Shown: positions 9,262 to 19,977 of the stretch, piece by piece
Layout: each line of letters begins with the position of its first letter
Position numbering within the stretch: position 1 is the first letter of the stretch
From: Ilumatobacteraceae bacterium
Lineage (GTDB): Bacteria; Actinomycetota; Acidimicrobiia; Acidimicrobiales; Ilumatobacteraceae
Length of the DNA stretch: 64,000 bases
Direction of reading: 5' to 3'
Assembly: GCA_043740085.1 (NCBI GenBank)
Contig: JAYUCY010000094.1
Location: 2,325-66,324 of the forward strand
Notes under the pieces: generated by a model
What the model saw: the letters and a program-made list of their open reading frames with translations, nothing else
Databases searched by the model: none
Told to the model about the DNA's origin: nothing
Made by a program: the position numbers and the translations under genes

Positions 9262-9423
9262 GCCGCGACCATAGGCGGTTCAGAGATCGACTGCGACGGC
9301 GACCAGGGGGAAAATGACCCTGTCGTTGTTGGTCGTGGCACTGAACGTGAACTGGGAGCCGTTCATTCCGCTGGAACGCGAACACGACACCGTCAGTTGC
9401 GAGCGGCCTCCTACACTTCCCTC

Positions 9424-10704
9424 GTGTCCCACCCCAAACACCTTCGTGCCGTCGGCACGGCCGTAGTGCTGTCGCTCGTCGTGTTGGCTGCTTGCAGCGA
9501 TGCCAAGGGCTCGGGAGCCGGCGCAAACTCAGTTGACTCGGTCGCCGCGACGATCACGACCAACCATCCCGACGACGGCACCCTCGTCATCGGGGCCATT
9601 CTCCCGCGAAGTGGCGCCGCCGCCGACCTGGGGTCGTCGATGAGCGACGCACTGGCGGTGGGCATCGCCGAGATCAATGCGGCCGGGGGCATCAACGGGG
9701 GGCCGGTACGACTGATCACGGCCGAGGAGGGCACCAACCCAGCAACAGCGGCGCTTGCTGTCCAAAGCCTCGCGCCCCGAGTCGACGCCATCATCGGGCC
9801 GACTTCATCGCTCAACACACTCGGCACGCTCGGTGCGGCCGTCGAATCCGGCGTACTGACATGCAGCCCAACGGCCACGGCGATGGCGCTCGACAACTTT
9901 CCCGATGACGGCCTGTTCTTTCGCACGATCCCCAGCGACTCGCTGCAGGCCGAGGCCATCGCCAGCGTCGTGGAGGCCACCGGCAGCAGCACCGCCGTGG
10001 TGATGTATCTCGATGATGGCTATGGCCGCCCATTTGGCGAAGCAACCCAGGACGCCATCAACGCGCTCGGTACCAACGTGGCGGCGACGATCGGCGTCGC
10101 CGCCAACGAGGAGTCCATCTCGTCCGCGGTCGAGGAAGCGCTCGCGAGCGCACCGGAAGTAGTTGCCGTGATCGCCGATGGCGTGACCGGGCCGGCAATC
10201 ATCAACGCCATCGACGCCGCGGCACAGAACCGGCTGACCTACGTGGTCAACGACGCAATTCGGCGGCCCGCCGCATCTGCTCAGCCATTCAGTCCCGGGT
10301 TGGCGCTCCGTGTCAGCGGAGTGTCGCCGGTTGCCTACGCCGACTCAGCGATGTTCACTCAGGCGCTGTTGACCATCGACCCCGACGCCAGCGGCCTCTA
10401 TGCCCACAACGCGTACGACTGCCTCACCATCATCGCGTTGGCAGCCCAAGCCGCCGGCTCCAACCAACCCAGGGAGATCGCAGGTTCCATCGCCGGCGTC
10501 ACCACCAGTGGCACCGGTTGCGTGATGTTCGACGACTGCAACACATCGCTCGTCAACGGCCGCAACATCAATTACAACGGGCCGAGCGGCAACCTGTCAA
10601 TCGACGACAACGGCAACGTCATCGCTGCCAACTTCGAGCGCTTTACGTTTGACAGCAGCGGCCGCGATGTGGCCGACGGAGTCGTCGCCATCGGTATCGG
10701 CTGA
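9424..10704 (+). CDS. ABC transporter substrate-binding lipoprotein (branched-chain amino acid / type-1 periplasmic binding fold)
   Basis: Track ORF 9064..10704, started at the GTG at 9424 (VSHPKHLRAVGTAVVLSLVVLAACSD lipobox). LivK-like body (LVIGAILPRSGAAADLGSSM...). No permease or ATPase gene is adjacent. Confidence 0.8.
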   Translation: MSHPKHLRAVGTAVVLSLVVLAACSDAKGSGAGANSVDSVAATITTNHPDDGTLVIGAILPRSGAAADLGSSMSDALAVGIAEINAAGGINGGPVRLITAEEGTNPATAALAVQSLAPRVDAIIGPTSSLNTLGTLGAAVESGVLTCSPTATAMALDNFPDDGLFFRTIPSDSLQAEAIASVVEATGSSTAVVMYLDDGYGRPFGEATQDAINALGTNVAATIGVAANEESISSAVEEALASAPEVVAVIADGVTGPAIINAIDAAAQNRLTYVVNDAIRRPAASAQPFSPGLALRVSGVSPVAYADSAMFTQALLTIDPDASGLYAHNAYDCLTIIALAAQAAGSNQPREIAGSIAGVTTSGTGCVMFDDCNTSLVNGRNINYNGPSGNLSIDDNGNVIAANFERFTFDSSGRDVADGVVAIGIG

Positions 10705-10714
10705 TGCCTGCGCT

Positions 10715-11395
10715 TCAGAGCGACGTGACGAGTTCCTCCACCGATACGACCATGCCTGTGTAGAACGGGCCAAAGTCGGCGTACTTCGCCGAGGCCACAT
10801 CGAAGCGCATCGTGTACACAACTTCCTTGAGGTCGTCGGGGTGCACTGCAAAGAGGGTGACGCCCCACTCGTAGTCGTCCAGCCCGGTGGAGCCGGTGAT
10901 GTACTGCACGATTCGCCCTGCGAACTTGCGGCCGCTGGTGCCGTGCTCGTGCATCAGTGCCTTGCGCTCTTCGAATGGCAGCGTGAACCAGTTCGCGCCA
11001 GCTTCGCGCTTCTTCGACATCGGGTAGAAGCACCATGCAGGCATGTGATGGGCCTTGGGTGGAATCTCGGGGTAGAGGCGGCCCTGCAGCATCTCCTCGG
11101 GCATGCCCTTCGAGTACTCGCTGACCTCGGTAAGGCTGACGTAGCTATCAACTACTTCCAGCCCGGCGCGCTGCAGACCAGATTGCAACGCACGCAGCGC
11201 CTGCCAGTCTTCGTGCAGAGCCATGAAGGCGGCATCGCACTTGTGACCCAGCGTGGACACGGCCACGACCTGCACACCGTTGGCCTCGGCAGCCTTCACC
11301 GCGGCCACCACACTCTCACCGTCGAACATCGGCGTTGCCTTGCAGAACAGGTGCAACATGCCGCGACCAATGGAGGGCTTGATGGGTTCGCTCAT
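10715..11395 (-). CDS. hemQ: coproheme decarboxylase / chlorite-dismutase family protein
   Basis: 226 aa. WCFYPMSKKREAGANWFTLPFEERKALMHEHG and GLDDYEWGVTLFA are characteristic of actinobacterial HemQ (ChdC). Confidence 0.85.
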   Translation of the reverse strand: MSEPIKPSIGRGMLHLFCKATPMFDGESVVAAVKAAEANGVQVVAVSTLGHKCDAAFMALHEDWQALRALQSGLQRAGLEVVDSYVSLTEVSEYSKGMPEEMLQGRLYPEIPPKAHHMPAWCFYPMSKKREAGANWFTLPFEERKALMHEHGTSGRKFAGRIVQYITGSTGLDDYEWGVTLFAVHPDDLKEVVYTMRFDVASAKYADFGPFYTGMVVSVEELVTSL

Positions 11396-11404
11396 GTCTT
11401 CAGG

Positions 11405-12211
11405 CTACGGGGCGATGCGCTCCGGCGAGTAGATGTTCAACCGGTCCGCGCGCACAAAACCGGCCAACACCAGTCCCGCCAGACGGGCCGTGTGGACGGC
11501 CAGTGCAGTCGGTGCGCTGACGGCGACCAGCGTACTGAAGCCGGAGGACCACGCCTTTTGCACCAGCTCGAAGCTGGCCCGCCCGCTGACGAACAGGCCA
11601 AGGCCCGTAGCCGGCAGATGATCGTCGAGCAGGAGGCGCCCAATCACCTTGTCGACTGCGTTGTGTCGGCCGACGTCTTCGCGAGTCATCAGCACTTCGC
11701 CATCGTTCGTGAACGCGGCTGCGGCGTGCACCGAACCAGTGCTGTCGAACAGACCTTGCGCCGTGCGAACCGCATCGGGAATGGCATGCAGCACGTCGAA
11801 GGGGATCGGCGGCGTCGCTGGCAACGGCAGGAGGCGGGCACACAGCTCGTCGATTGCGTCGTTGCCACAGATGCCACAGCTGGACGTGGTGTTGCCCAGA
11901 CGTGGGCGCGGTACGGGAGCACGGCCACCGGTCTCCACCGTCACCACGTTGAATTCACTGTCCACTGCCGAGGCGCTGGCGCAGTACCGCACCCCAAGTA
12001 CGGGGAAGTCGGCCAACAAACCCTCCGTGTGGCAGAACCCGACCGCCAGCTCGTAGTCGTGGCCCGGGGTGCGCATGGTGGTGCTGACGGTCGCTCCATC
12101 GAGCTGCACCGTCATTGGCTCTTCCACTATCAACTCGTCGGGGTGACGCGCCCGCTCGCCAGCCATCACGGTGGTGACGAGGAGCGTCTCGCTGCGGCGA
12201 CGGGCTGCCAT
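11405..12211 (-). CDS. fdhD: formate dehydrogenase accessory sulfurtransferase FdhD
   Basis: EEPMTVQLDG..., CGICG, and the RHNAVDKVIG motif. Track ORF reaches 12268. I prefer the ATG at 12211 (MAARRRSE), which leaves 61 nt to the divergent aquaporin gene. Confidence 0.85.
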   Translation of the reverse strand: MAARRRSETLLVTTVMAGERARHPDELIVEEPMTVQLDGATVSTTMRTPGHDYELAVGFCHTEGLLADFPVLGVRYCASASAVDSEFNVVTVETGGRAPVPRPRLGNTTSSCGICGNDAIDELCARLLPLPATPPIPFDVLHAIPDAVRTAQGLFDSTGSVHAAAAFTNDGEVLMTREDVGRHNAVDKVIGRLLLDDHLPATGLGLFVSGRASFELVQKAWSSGFSTLVAVSAPTALAVHTARLAGLVLAGFVRADRLNIYSPERIAP

Positions 12212-12272
12212 GCGTGCGACGGTACCCGCACATTGCGCGATTGAGAACCGGCGGGCGAATAGGGTCATAGGA

Positions 12273-13064
12273 ATGGAGACTCAGAACAACGGGCGGATCC
12301 TGGTCGCAGAACTGGTGGGCACGCTGGTGCTCATGCTGGGTGGGCCGGGCGTCTTCATCTTCAGCTTCAACTACGTGGGCGTTGCTGGCGTGGCTGTCGG
12401 CTTCGGCCTCTCGCTGGCCATCATGGCCTACGTCATCGGGCCAATCAGCGGCTGCCACATCAACCCGGCGGTGACGCTTGGCCTGTTCCTGGCCAAGAAG
12501 GTCAACGGCGCGCATGCCGTGTTTGCAATCATTGGTCAGCTGATCGGTGCGATTGCGGGCGGCGCCATCATCCTCGGGATCGCCAGCGGCCGCGACGATT
12601 TCGAGCGCGGTTCATTCGCCGCCAATCTCTGGTCGGGCCCGTACTTCGGTGTCGGCGCCGCCATCGTCACGGAAATCATCTTCACTGCACTGCTCGTGAT
12701 GGTCGTGTTGTTCACCACTGCCCGCAAGTTTGCACCGGGCTTCGGCGGGCTGGTCGCCGGCTTCACGCTCACCCTGGTCCATCTCGTCGCCATCCCGATT
12801 GACCGCACCTCGGTCAACCCGGCGCGCAGCATCGGCACCGCACTTTTTGCTGAGACCTCAACAGGCGCACTGGAGCAATTGTGGGTGTTCATCGTGTTCC
12901 CACTGATCGGCGCAGTTGTTGGCGTGGTGCTGTTCCTGATTCTCGACGACACTCGCCTGGAAGACACGATGCTCGTTGCCGTGCCCGGCCTTGACGACGT
13001 CCGCGACTTTCTCGACAAGGTTGCCGACGAAGCCGTCGACGCGGTCGAAGACGCTGTCGACTGA
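12273..13064 (+). CDS. aqpZ: MIP-family channel (aquaporin Z-like)
   Basis: Started at the ATG at 12273 (METQNNGRILVAELVGT). Two NPA boxes: HINPAVTLG and SVNPARSIG. Confidence 0.85.
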   Translation: METQNNGRILVAELVGTLVLMLGGPGVFIFSFNYVGVAGVAVGFGLSLAIMAYVIGPISGCHINPAVTLGLFLAKKVNGAHAVFAIIGQLIGAIAGGAIILGIASGRDDFERGSFAANLWSGPYFGVGAAIVTEIIFTALLVMVVLFTTARKFAPGFGGLVAGFTLTLVHLVAIPIDRTSVNPARSIGTALFAETSTGALEQLWVFIVFPLIGAVVGVVLFLILDDTRLEDTMLVAVPGLDDVRDFLDKVADEAVDAVEDAVD

Positions 13065-13085
13065 ACCTCTGCACTGCCGAGCTAT

Positions 13086-14543
13086 CTAGGCGGGCAGTAG
13101 GGCGAGGAGTTCGACGCGGTGCTTCGGGCCGAGGGCTTCTTCGGGCGGCCTGTTCTCTCGGTCTTGCCACGCCGCCAAGACGCGGGCGCTGACATCGGCA
13201 TTCTGTGCCATTGACTCGGGCGTTGCCAGCAGGTTGAGGCTGCGGAAGAATGCCCGCAGTACAACGACGTCGGTGCGTATTGCAGGCAGCAATCCCTCGC
13301 GAAAGACGCTGCGCATGAACGTGCGCGGGTCGCTGCTGTCGCCGTCGGGGTCCTCGCCGACGAGCAAGGCAGCCGCGACGCGGCGCGCCTCGCGGTCCTG
13401 GGCGACACCTGAGCGGTAGAACGGGAAGATCTCGCTGCGCAGCGTTGCGTCGTAGGCCAGCGCCATGGCCAGCGGGTCGTCGGGGTGTGCCGCAACCGCA
13501 TCAGCCATCAGGTGCGCGCTCCAGAACCCGGTAGAGCAACCGCGGCCGTAGAGCGGGTTGGTGCACAGCACGGCATCGCCAACGGGCAGTACGCCGGTGG
13601 CGATCGGAGCACCGTCCACCACATGGTCGCGCCAGCGGTTCAACAGGCCGGCCATCATGTGCACCTGCTCGGTGATCGGCGCGGCGCGGCCATCGAGCCA
13701 TGGCGCGGTCGCGATCAATTTGCGGGCGCACTCGTCGAACACGACCGGATCGGCCAGCATTTTGCGCAGCTGGTCGTCGTTGGTGGGCGTGGCCAGCGTG
13801 ACGCTGAAGGTGTTGTTGTCGCCGACGAAGACGCCGTACTTCAAGTAACCAAGGTCGCCACCGATGGGACCCGTTCGCGGCGGGTATTCCTGGCCTTCGT
13901 TCAATCGGTAGAAGCGACTGAAGTAGACAATGCCGGTGTCGTCGACTTCTTCGGCGACTGGCAGCGACCCAACGGCTTCCAACCATTCGCTGAGTGCGCT
14001 GCGGCGCCCGGCGGCCACCACGGTGAGGTCGGCAGCAATCGTGGAGCCATCGGCCAACCGGACACCGGTGATGTGCGGCACTGCGGTGCCCGCGGCTGGC
14101 GGGTCGGTGAGTAGTCCGTCAACACCGACACCGGTGCGGAACGTGACGCGACCCTCTGCGACGGCGACGCGACGCACGACCCACTCGAAGGTGGTGCGAC
14201 GGCAGGCCAGCATGACCAGTTCGTCGTCCTCCGGCTCGCGCTCGAAGTTCACAATCGTGGGCGGCAAGTCGTCACCGAATCGCATTTCAGTCGCACCTTC
14301 GGCGAGCAGTTCGGCGTACACGTCTGGATAATCGTGGCGCAACAGCCCGACCAGCTTGGCGAGGAAGGCGTGACTATGACGAACTTGCGGCGCACCCCGA
14401 CGGTCCCACTCGAATGCCTCGTCAGCCGACGATGGCATTGGCGTGTCGTCGCGTTCGATCACGGTTACCTCGTGGCCTTGGCGCGCCAAAACCAGCGCCG
14501 AACCCAACCCAGAAACCCCGCCACCAACCACCACCACATGCAT
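13086..14543 (-). CDS. FAD-dependent oxidoreductase
   Basis: N-terminal Rossmann motif MHVVVVGGGVSGLGSALVLARQGHEVTVIERDD. 485 aa. Confidence 0.75.
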   Translation of the reverse strand: MHVVVVGGGVSGLGSALVLARQGHEVTVIERDDTPMPSSADEAFEWDRRGAPQVRHSHAFLAKLVGLLRHDYPDVYAELLAEGATEMRFGDDLPPTIVNFEREPEDDELVMLACRRTTFEWVVRRVAVAEGRVTFRTGVGVDGLLTDPPAAGTAVPHITGVRLADGSTIAADLTVVAAGRRSALSEWLEAVGSLPVAEEVDDTGIVYFSRFYRLNEGQEYPPRTGPIGGDLGYLKYGVFVGDNNTFSVTLATPTNDDQLRKMLADPVVFDECARKLIATAPWLDGRAAPITEQVHMMAGLLNRWRDHVVDGAPIATGVLPVGDAVLCTNPLYGRGCSTGFWSAHLMADAVAAHPDDPLAMALAYDATLRSEIFPFYRSGVAQDREARRVAAALLVGEDPDGDSSDPRTFMRSVFREGLLPAIRTDVVVLRAFFRSLNLLATPESMAQNADVSARVLAAWQDRENRPPEEALGPKHRVELLALLPA

Positions 14544-14612
14544 GGCGCGACCATACGGCGCAGCGCTCGGCGACTTCGTGTCGTGCCGTCCGGCGACGTA
14601 ACGCGTCGTTCG

Positions 14613-15290
14613 CTAGCTGCCCATCGAATAACCGAAGCCACGCACGGTGCGTACCCAACTCTTCGCATCGGGCATATCGATCTTCTTGCGCAGGTTGGCG
14701 ATGTGCACGTCCACCACATGGTCGTCGCCGTACCAGCCGGGGCCCCACACACGGTCGAGCAGCTGCTGACGGTTGAAGACGACTTTCGGGTTCGCGCTCA
14801 GCGTGTCGAGCAGGTCGAACTCAATGCGGGTGAGGTCGGTCATCACGCCGGCGACGGTGATCTCGCGGGCGGATGTGTCGATCGAGAGCTCGCCAAATTC
14901 CCGTCGCGACTCGCCGCCGGGTTCGGCGCGAGGGCGGCGCAGCAACGCTGCCACGCGCGCCGCCAGCTCGCGAGCGGAGAACGGCTTTGTCACGTAGTCG
15001 TCTGCACCCAGCCGAAAGCCCAGCAGCTTGTCGACTTCGTCATCACGACCGGTCAGCACGAGAACGTAGGCATTGGAACGCTCCCGAATCATTCGACAGA
15101 GGTCGAGGCCATCACCGTCTGGCAGACCAAGATCGAGAATCACCACGTCGGGAACTTGGGTATCCATCTCCGCCAACGCCTCGGCGATGGTGGTGGCCAG
15201 CCGCACGCGGTGGCCAGCGTTCTCCAGCACTGTCGCAACGATGAGCGAAAATTCTGGCGCATCCTCCACAACCAGCACATCGACGTTCAC
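14613..15290 (-). CDS. OmpR/PhoB-family response regulator
   Basis: Receiver domain (VLVVEDAPE, DVVILDLGLPDGDG, TKPF) plus winged-helix output (LTRIEFDLL, VRTVRGFGY). Started at the GTG at 15290. The upstream part of track ORF 14613..15476 is R/A-rich. Confidence 0.85.
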   Translation of the reverse strand: MNVDVLVVEDAPEFSLIVATVLENAGHRVRLATTIAEALAEMDTQVPDVVILDLGLPDGDGLDLCRMIRERSNAYVLVLTGRDDEVDKLLGFRLGADDYVTKPFSARELAARVAALLRRPRAEPGGESRREFGELSIDTSAREITVAGVMTDLTRIEFDLLDTLSANPKVVFNRQQLLDRVWGPGWYGDDHVVDVHIANLRKKIDMPDAKSWVRTVRGFGYSMGS

Positions 15291-15361
15291 GGTGTCATGT
15301 TCGCACAACGTGCTCGAAGTTGATGCCACCGCCGAGCGACGGCGAGATGATGAGCGCTGGC

Positions 15362-15721
15362 TCAGGCGTCGACAAGGGTGAGCAACTCGACCGGCTGCGG
15401 CTCGCACGGTCGGGCAAGCTCGGCGGCCACGAAGTGCTCGGTGGCGGCCGGGGTGGCGAGGGTGGCAGCGCTCCACCAGACCAGCGGGCTACGGCTGTCC
15501 AGCAGCGGGTGCCACAGGACACCGAAGTCGCTGAGGCCGCCGGTGACCAGACGGTCGATTGCCCACACGAAAAACACGGCGCAGGTGTCGTGGTAGACGG
15601 CGACCTGGTCGGCATCGGTGTGGAAGGCGGGACGGGTGGTGCGCAGCTGCTCGAGAGCGACCGCCGCACCACTCACCCGAACGGTGCGAAGAATGGAGGA
15701 GAGGAACTCGGTGTGCGTCAT
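15362..15721 (-). CDS. hypothetical protein (possibly cupin / AraC-N-terminal-like)
   Basis: Track ORF 15362..15835, started at the ATG at 15721 (MTHTEFLSSILRTVRVSGAAV...). The weak resemblance to AraC ligand-binding cupins is from memory only. Confidence 0.4.
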   Translation of the reverse strand: MTHTEFLSSILRTVRVSGAAVALEQLRTTRPAFHTDADQVAVYHDTCAVFFVWAIDRLVTGGLSDFGVLWHPLLDSRSPLVWWSAATLATPAATEHFVAAELARPCEPQPVELLTLVDA

Positions 15722-15782
15722 GACATCAGTATCGGGCGTTTCGCACTGCGAAAGTTCCCGATGTTGTGGCATAGTTGGTCGT

Positions 15783-16217
15783 ATGGCTGCGATTTCCTCA
15801 CCATTTGATCGTATCGACAGTGAAATTCTCACCATCCTGCGCGATGACGCGCGGATCCCGTATCAAGCGCTGGGCGATCGCGTGCATCTGTCCGCCAATG
15901 CTGCCGCCGACCGCGTGCGCCGCCTAGTGCGCACCGGCGTGATCCGCCGTTTCACCATCGATGTCGACCACAGCCGGCTTGGTCGCGACCTGGAGGCCGT
16001 GATCGATGTGCGCGCCGGCGATGTCGAGCGCTTCCGCCGCGGCGCGCTCACCTGCCCAGAGGTGACCTGGCTGGCCCACGTCACCGGGCGCACCGACTTC
16101 CAGGTACACGTCAATGTGGCCGGTACCACCGGGCTCAACGAGTTGTTGCAGCAATTCACCACCGAGTTCGGGGCGGCCGAAACGCTGACCACCGTCGTGC
16201 TGGAACGCGCCCGCTGA
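15783..16217 (+). CDS. Lrp/AsnC family transcriptional regulator
   Basis: Started at the ATG at 15783. HTH DSEILTILRDDARIPYQALGDRVHLSANAAADRVRRL followed by an RAM/ACT-like domain. Confidence 0.85.
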   Translation: MAAISSPFDRIDSEILTILRDDARIPYQALGDRVHLSANAAADRVRRLVRTGVIRRFTIDVDHSRLGRDLEAVIDVRAGDVERFRRGALTCPEVTWLAHVTGRTDFQVHVNVAGTTGLNELLQQFTTEFGAAETLTTVVLERAR

Positions 16218-16284
16218 CGCGTCACTGACCTGGGCCACTTCACGACCCTCGGCCGCCCATCTGAGGCGGCCGCGTGTTGCCGCT

Positions 16285-17998
<1,714 letters not shown>

Positions 17999-18061
17999 CC
18001 CAGTCAGCAGTCGTCCAAGTGAGTCAGTCTCGCAAGCAGTAGTTGTTCAAGTCAGTCAGTT

Positions 18062-18104
18062 GGAGGAAGGCCCGGTGCGCAAGCCCGGGCCTTCCTCCGT
18101 TTTC
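18062..18104 (+). terminator. rho-independent terminator of groEL
   Basis: 14-bp perfect stem GGAGGAAGGCCCGG / CCGGGCCTTCCTCC, a 9-nt loop, then GTTTTC. Confidence 0.75.
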
Positions 18105-18109
18105 GGCCC

Positions 18110-18221
18110 GTGTCCAAGTTGTGCCGTGTCGTGTCCAAGTTGTGGCACCTTCCCCGCCCATGGGCGAGTAAACCGGCCCTTTCCGTCACGTTTACCCACC
18201 CATGGGCGGCGGAAGGTGCCA
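18110..18221 (+). repeat. intergenic structured element: two 14-bp direct repeats followed by a long imperfect hairpin
   Basis: GTGTCCAAGTTGTG occurs at 18110 and 18131 (period 21). The arms TGGCACCTTCCCCGCCCATGGG (18143-18164) and CCCATGGGCGGCGGAAGGTGCCA (18199-18221) pair over 22 bp with one bulge. An inner GTAAAC...GTTTAC stem lies in the 34-nt loop. Confidence 0.5.
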
Positions 18222-18595
18222 CTTTGACGAACAGTCGGCGAGGGGCCCGCTGCAGTGCCTTGCCGAGCACCGCCAGGCTGACGGGTTTGGGCAGGCGTAT
18301 TCGGCTAGTTCGCCCGAGCGCGATTGCGCAAGCACCTCGTTGGTATGGCCGCGATCACCTGGCTCGATCATCGCCTCGAAGTGCAGGCCGACCAGGTCGT
18401 CGGGGTCAGCTCAAAGACCGCTAGGTACTCGCGGCTGCCTGCTCGGTGTACTAGGCCGTGACCGTCAACCACGCGACTGGCGCCTGTAGCAGCGCTTCAG
18501 CGACAGCCGAGCGTCGATCCTGCGTTCGACCTAGCCATTGTGACCGACGGACCGGGCCGAATGTGCGACCGATGGCCCAGCCAACGCAGTGAGTG

Positions 18596-18871
18596 TCAGC
18601 CGCCGGCGACGGCGGGGATGATGCTGATAGTGCTGCCCGCAGGCGTGGGCGTGTTCAGCCCGTCGAGGTAGCGAACATCGTCGTCGGCCACGAACAGGTT
18701 GACGAACTTGCGCATCGCGCCGGACTCATCCAACAACCGGTCACTAAAACCGGGATGTGCGACTTCGAGGTTGGCGATCACTTCGGTGAGGGTGGCGCCC
18801 TCCACCTGCACTGTGGACGCGCCGCCCGAGAGAGGACGCAGGGTGGTGGGGATTCGAACTGTGACAGCCAT
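18596..18871 (-). CDS. MoaD/ThiS-family ubiquitin-like sulfur carrier (CysO-like)
   Basis: 91 aa with a beta-grasp pattern, ending in ...IIPAVAGG (C-terminal Gly-Gly). Confidence 0.85.
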   Translation of the reverse strand: MAVTVRIPTTLRPLSGGASTVQVEGATLTEVIANLEVAHPGFSDRLLDESGAMRKFVNLFVADDDVRYLDGLNTPTPAGSTISIIPAVAGG

Positions 18872-18945
18872 GCGCCAAACTCTACCAACCTGGTCGGGAT
18901 TTCAACTCGCCACGGCGGCGACCTTGCTCGCCTAGCCTTTCCGCA

Positions 18946-19938
18946 ATGCGAGTGCTGGCCGCGGTCGACAAATTCAAGGGTACGGCCACCGCTGCACAGG
19001 TCGCTGCGGCCATCGGCCATGCGTGCTGGGAACTCGGCCACGAGTGCGTCGAGCAGCCAGTTGCCGACGGCGGCGAAGGCACGTTGGAAGCACTGGGCGG
19101 CGCCAACCGCACCAGCGTCGTGACCGGCCCACTTGGCGACGCGGTGAAGGCTGAGTGGCGCCTGCACCGCGGCACGGCGGTCATCGAGATGGCTCGCGCC
19201 TCAGGCCTCACGCTGGTGGGCGGGGCCGCCGGCAACGACGCAATGGCCGCCACTACCACCGGCACCGGCGAGCTGATTGATCAGGCGCTGGACTTGGGGG
19301 CGAAGAAGATTGTCGTGTGCCTCGGCGGCTCGGCGACTACCGACGGCGGCCTCGGCTGTGTGCGCGCCATCACCGCGCCGCATCGCTTGCGCAGTGTGCA
19401 ACTCTTAGTGGCGTGCGATGTCCAAACCCTCTTTGCCGATGCGGCCCCCGTATTCGGGCCACAGAAGGGTGCCTCGCCAGCGCAGGTCGACATGCTGCGC
19501 GGCCGGCTCGAGCGCCTGGCCCAGCTCTACGAAGAGCAGTACGGGGTGGATGTGCGCAACCTGCCCGGCACCGGTGCGGCGGGCGGCCTGGCTGGCGGCT
19601 TGGTCGCACTTGGTGGACGACTGCTGCCCGGCTTCGATCTGGTGGCCGACGAGGTGGACCTGCACGACCACATCGCTGCGGTTGACGTGGTGATCACCGG
19701 CGAGGGCTACCTTGACGAGCAGAGCTTCGATGGCAAGGTGATCGGCGGTGTGCAGGCGTTGTGCGCGGACGCTGGCCGACCCGTTGCCGCCATCGTTGGC
19801 GACAGCGCGCCAGAGGTCAGCGACCGCATCAAACACCGATCACTTGCTCAGGAATTCGGCCTCGAACGAGCGATGAACGAGCCACTTTGGTGCATCGAGA
19901 GGGCTGCTTTCAGCCTGCTTTGTGAACTCTTCGCCTGA
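18946..19938 (+). CDS. glxK: glycerate kinase
   Basis: MRVLAAVDKFKGTATAAQVAAAI...PVADGGEGTLEALGG is the typical N-terminus, and ITGEGYLDEQSFDGKV matches as well. 330 aa, somewhat shorter than typical. Confidence 0.8.
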   Translation: MRVLAAVDKFKGTATAAQVAAAIGHACWELGHECVEQPVADGGEGTLEALGGANRTSVVTGPLGDAVKAEWRLHRGTAVIEMARASGLTLVGGAAGNDAMAATTTGTGELIDQALDLGAKKIVVCLGGSATTDGGLGCVRAITAPHRLRSVQLLVACDVQTLFADAAPVFGPQKGASPAQVDMLRGRLERLAQLYEEQYGVDVRNLPGTGAAGGLAGGLVALGGRLLPGFDLVADEVDLHDHIAAVDVVITGEGYLDEQSFDGKVIGGVQALCADAGRPVAAIVGDSAPEVSDRIKHRSLAQEFGLERAMNEPLWCIERAAFSLLCELFA

Positions 19939-19977
19939 CAGCTGTTCACGGTGCCTCTGCTCCACTAGTTTCGCTGC

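Noticed and set aside
10649-12244. 531-aa + strand ORF
   Set aside because: It is antisense to hemQ and fdhD, both of which have clear family motifs. The sequence is R/H/G-rich and featureless.
18260-18590. Minus-strand reading ADPDDLVGLHFEAMIEPGDRGHTNEVLAQSRSGELAEYA as a gene remnant
   Set aside because: The open stretch is short and interrupted by stops. I recognise no family and cannot support a call.
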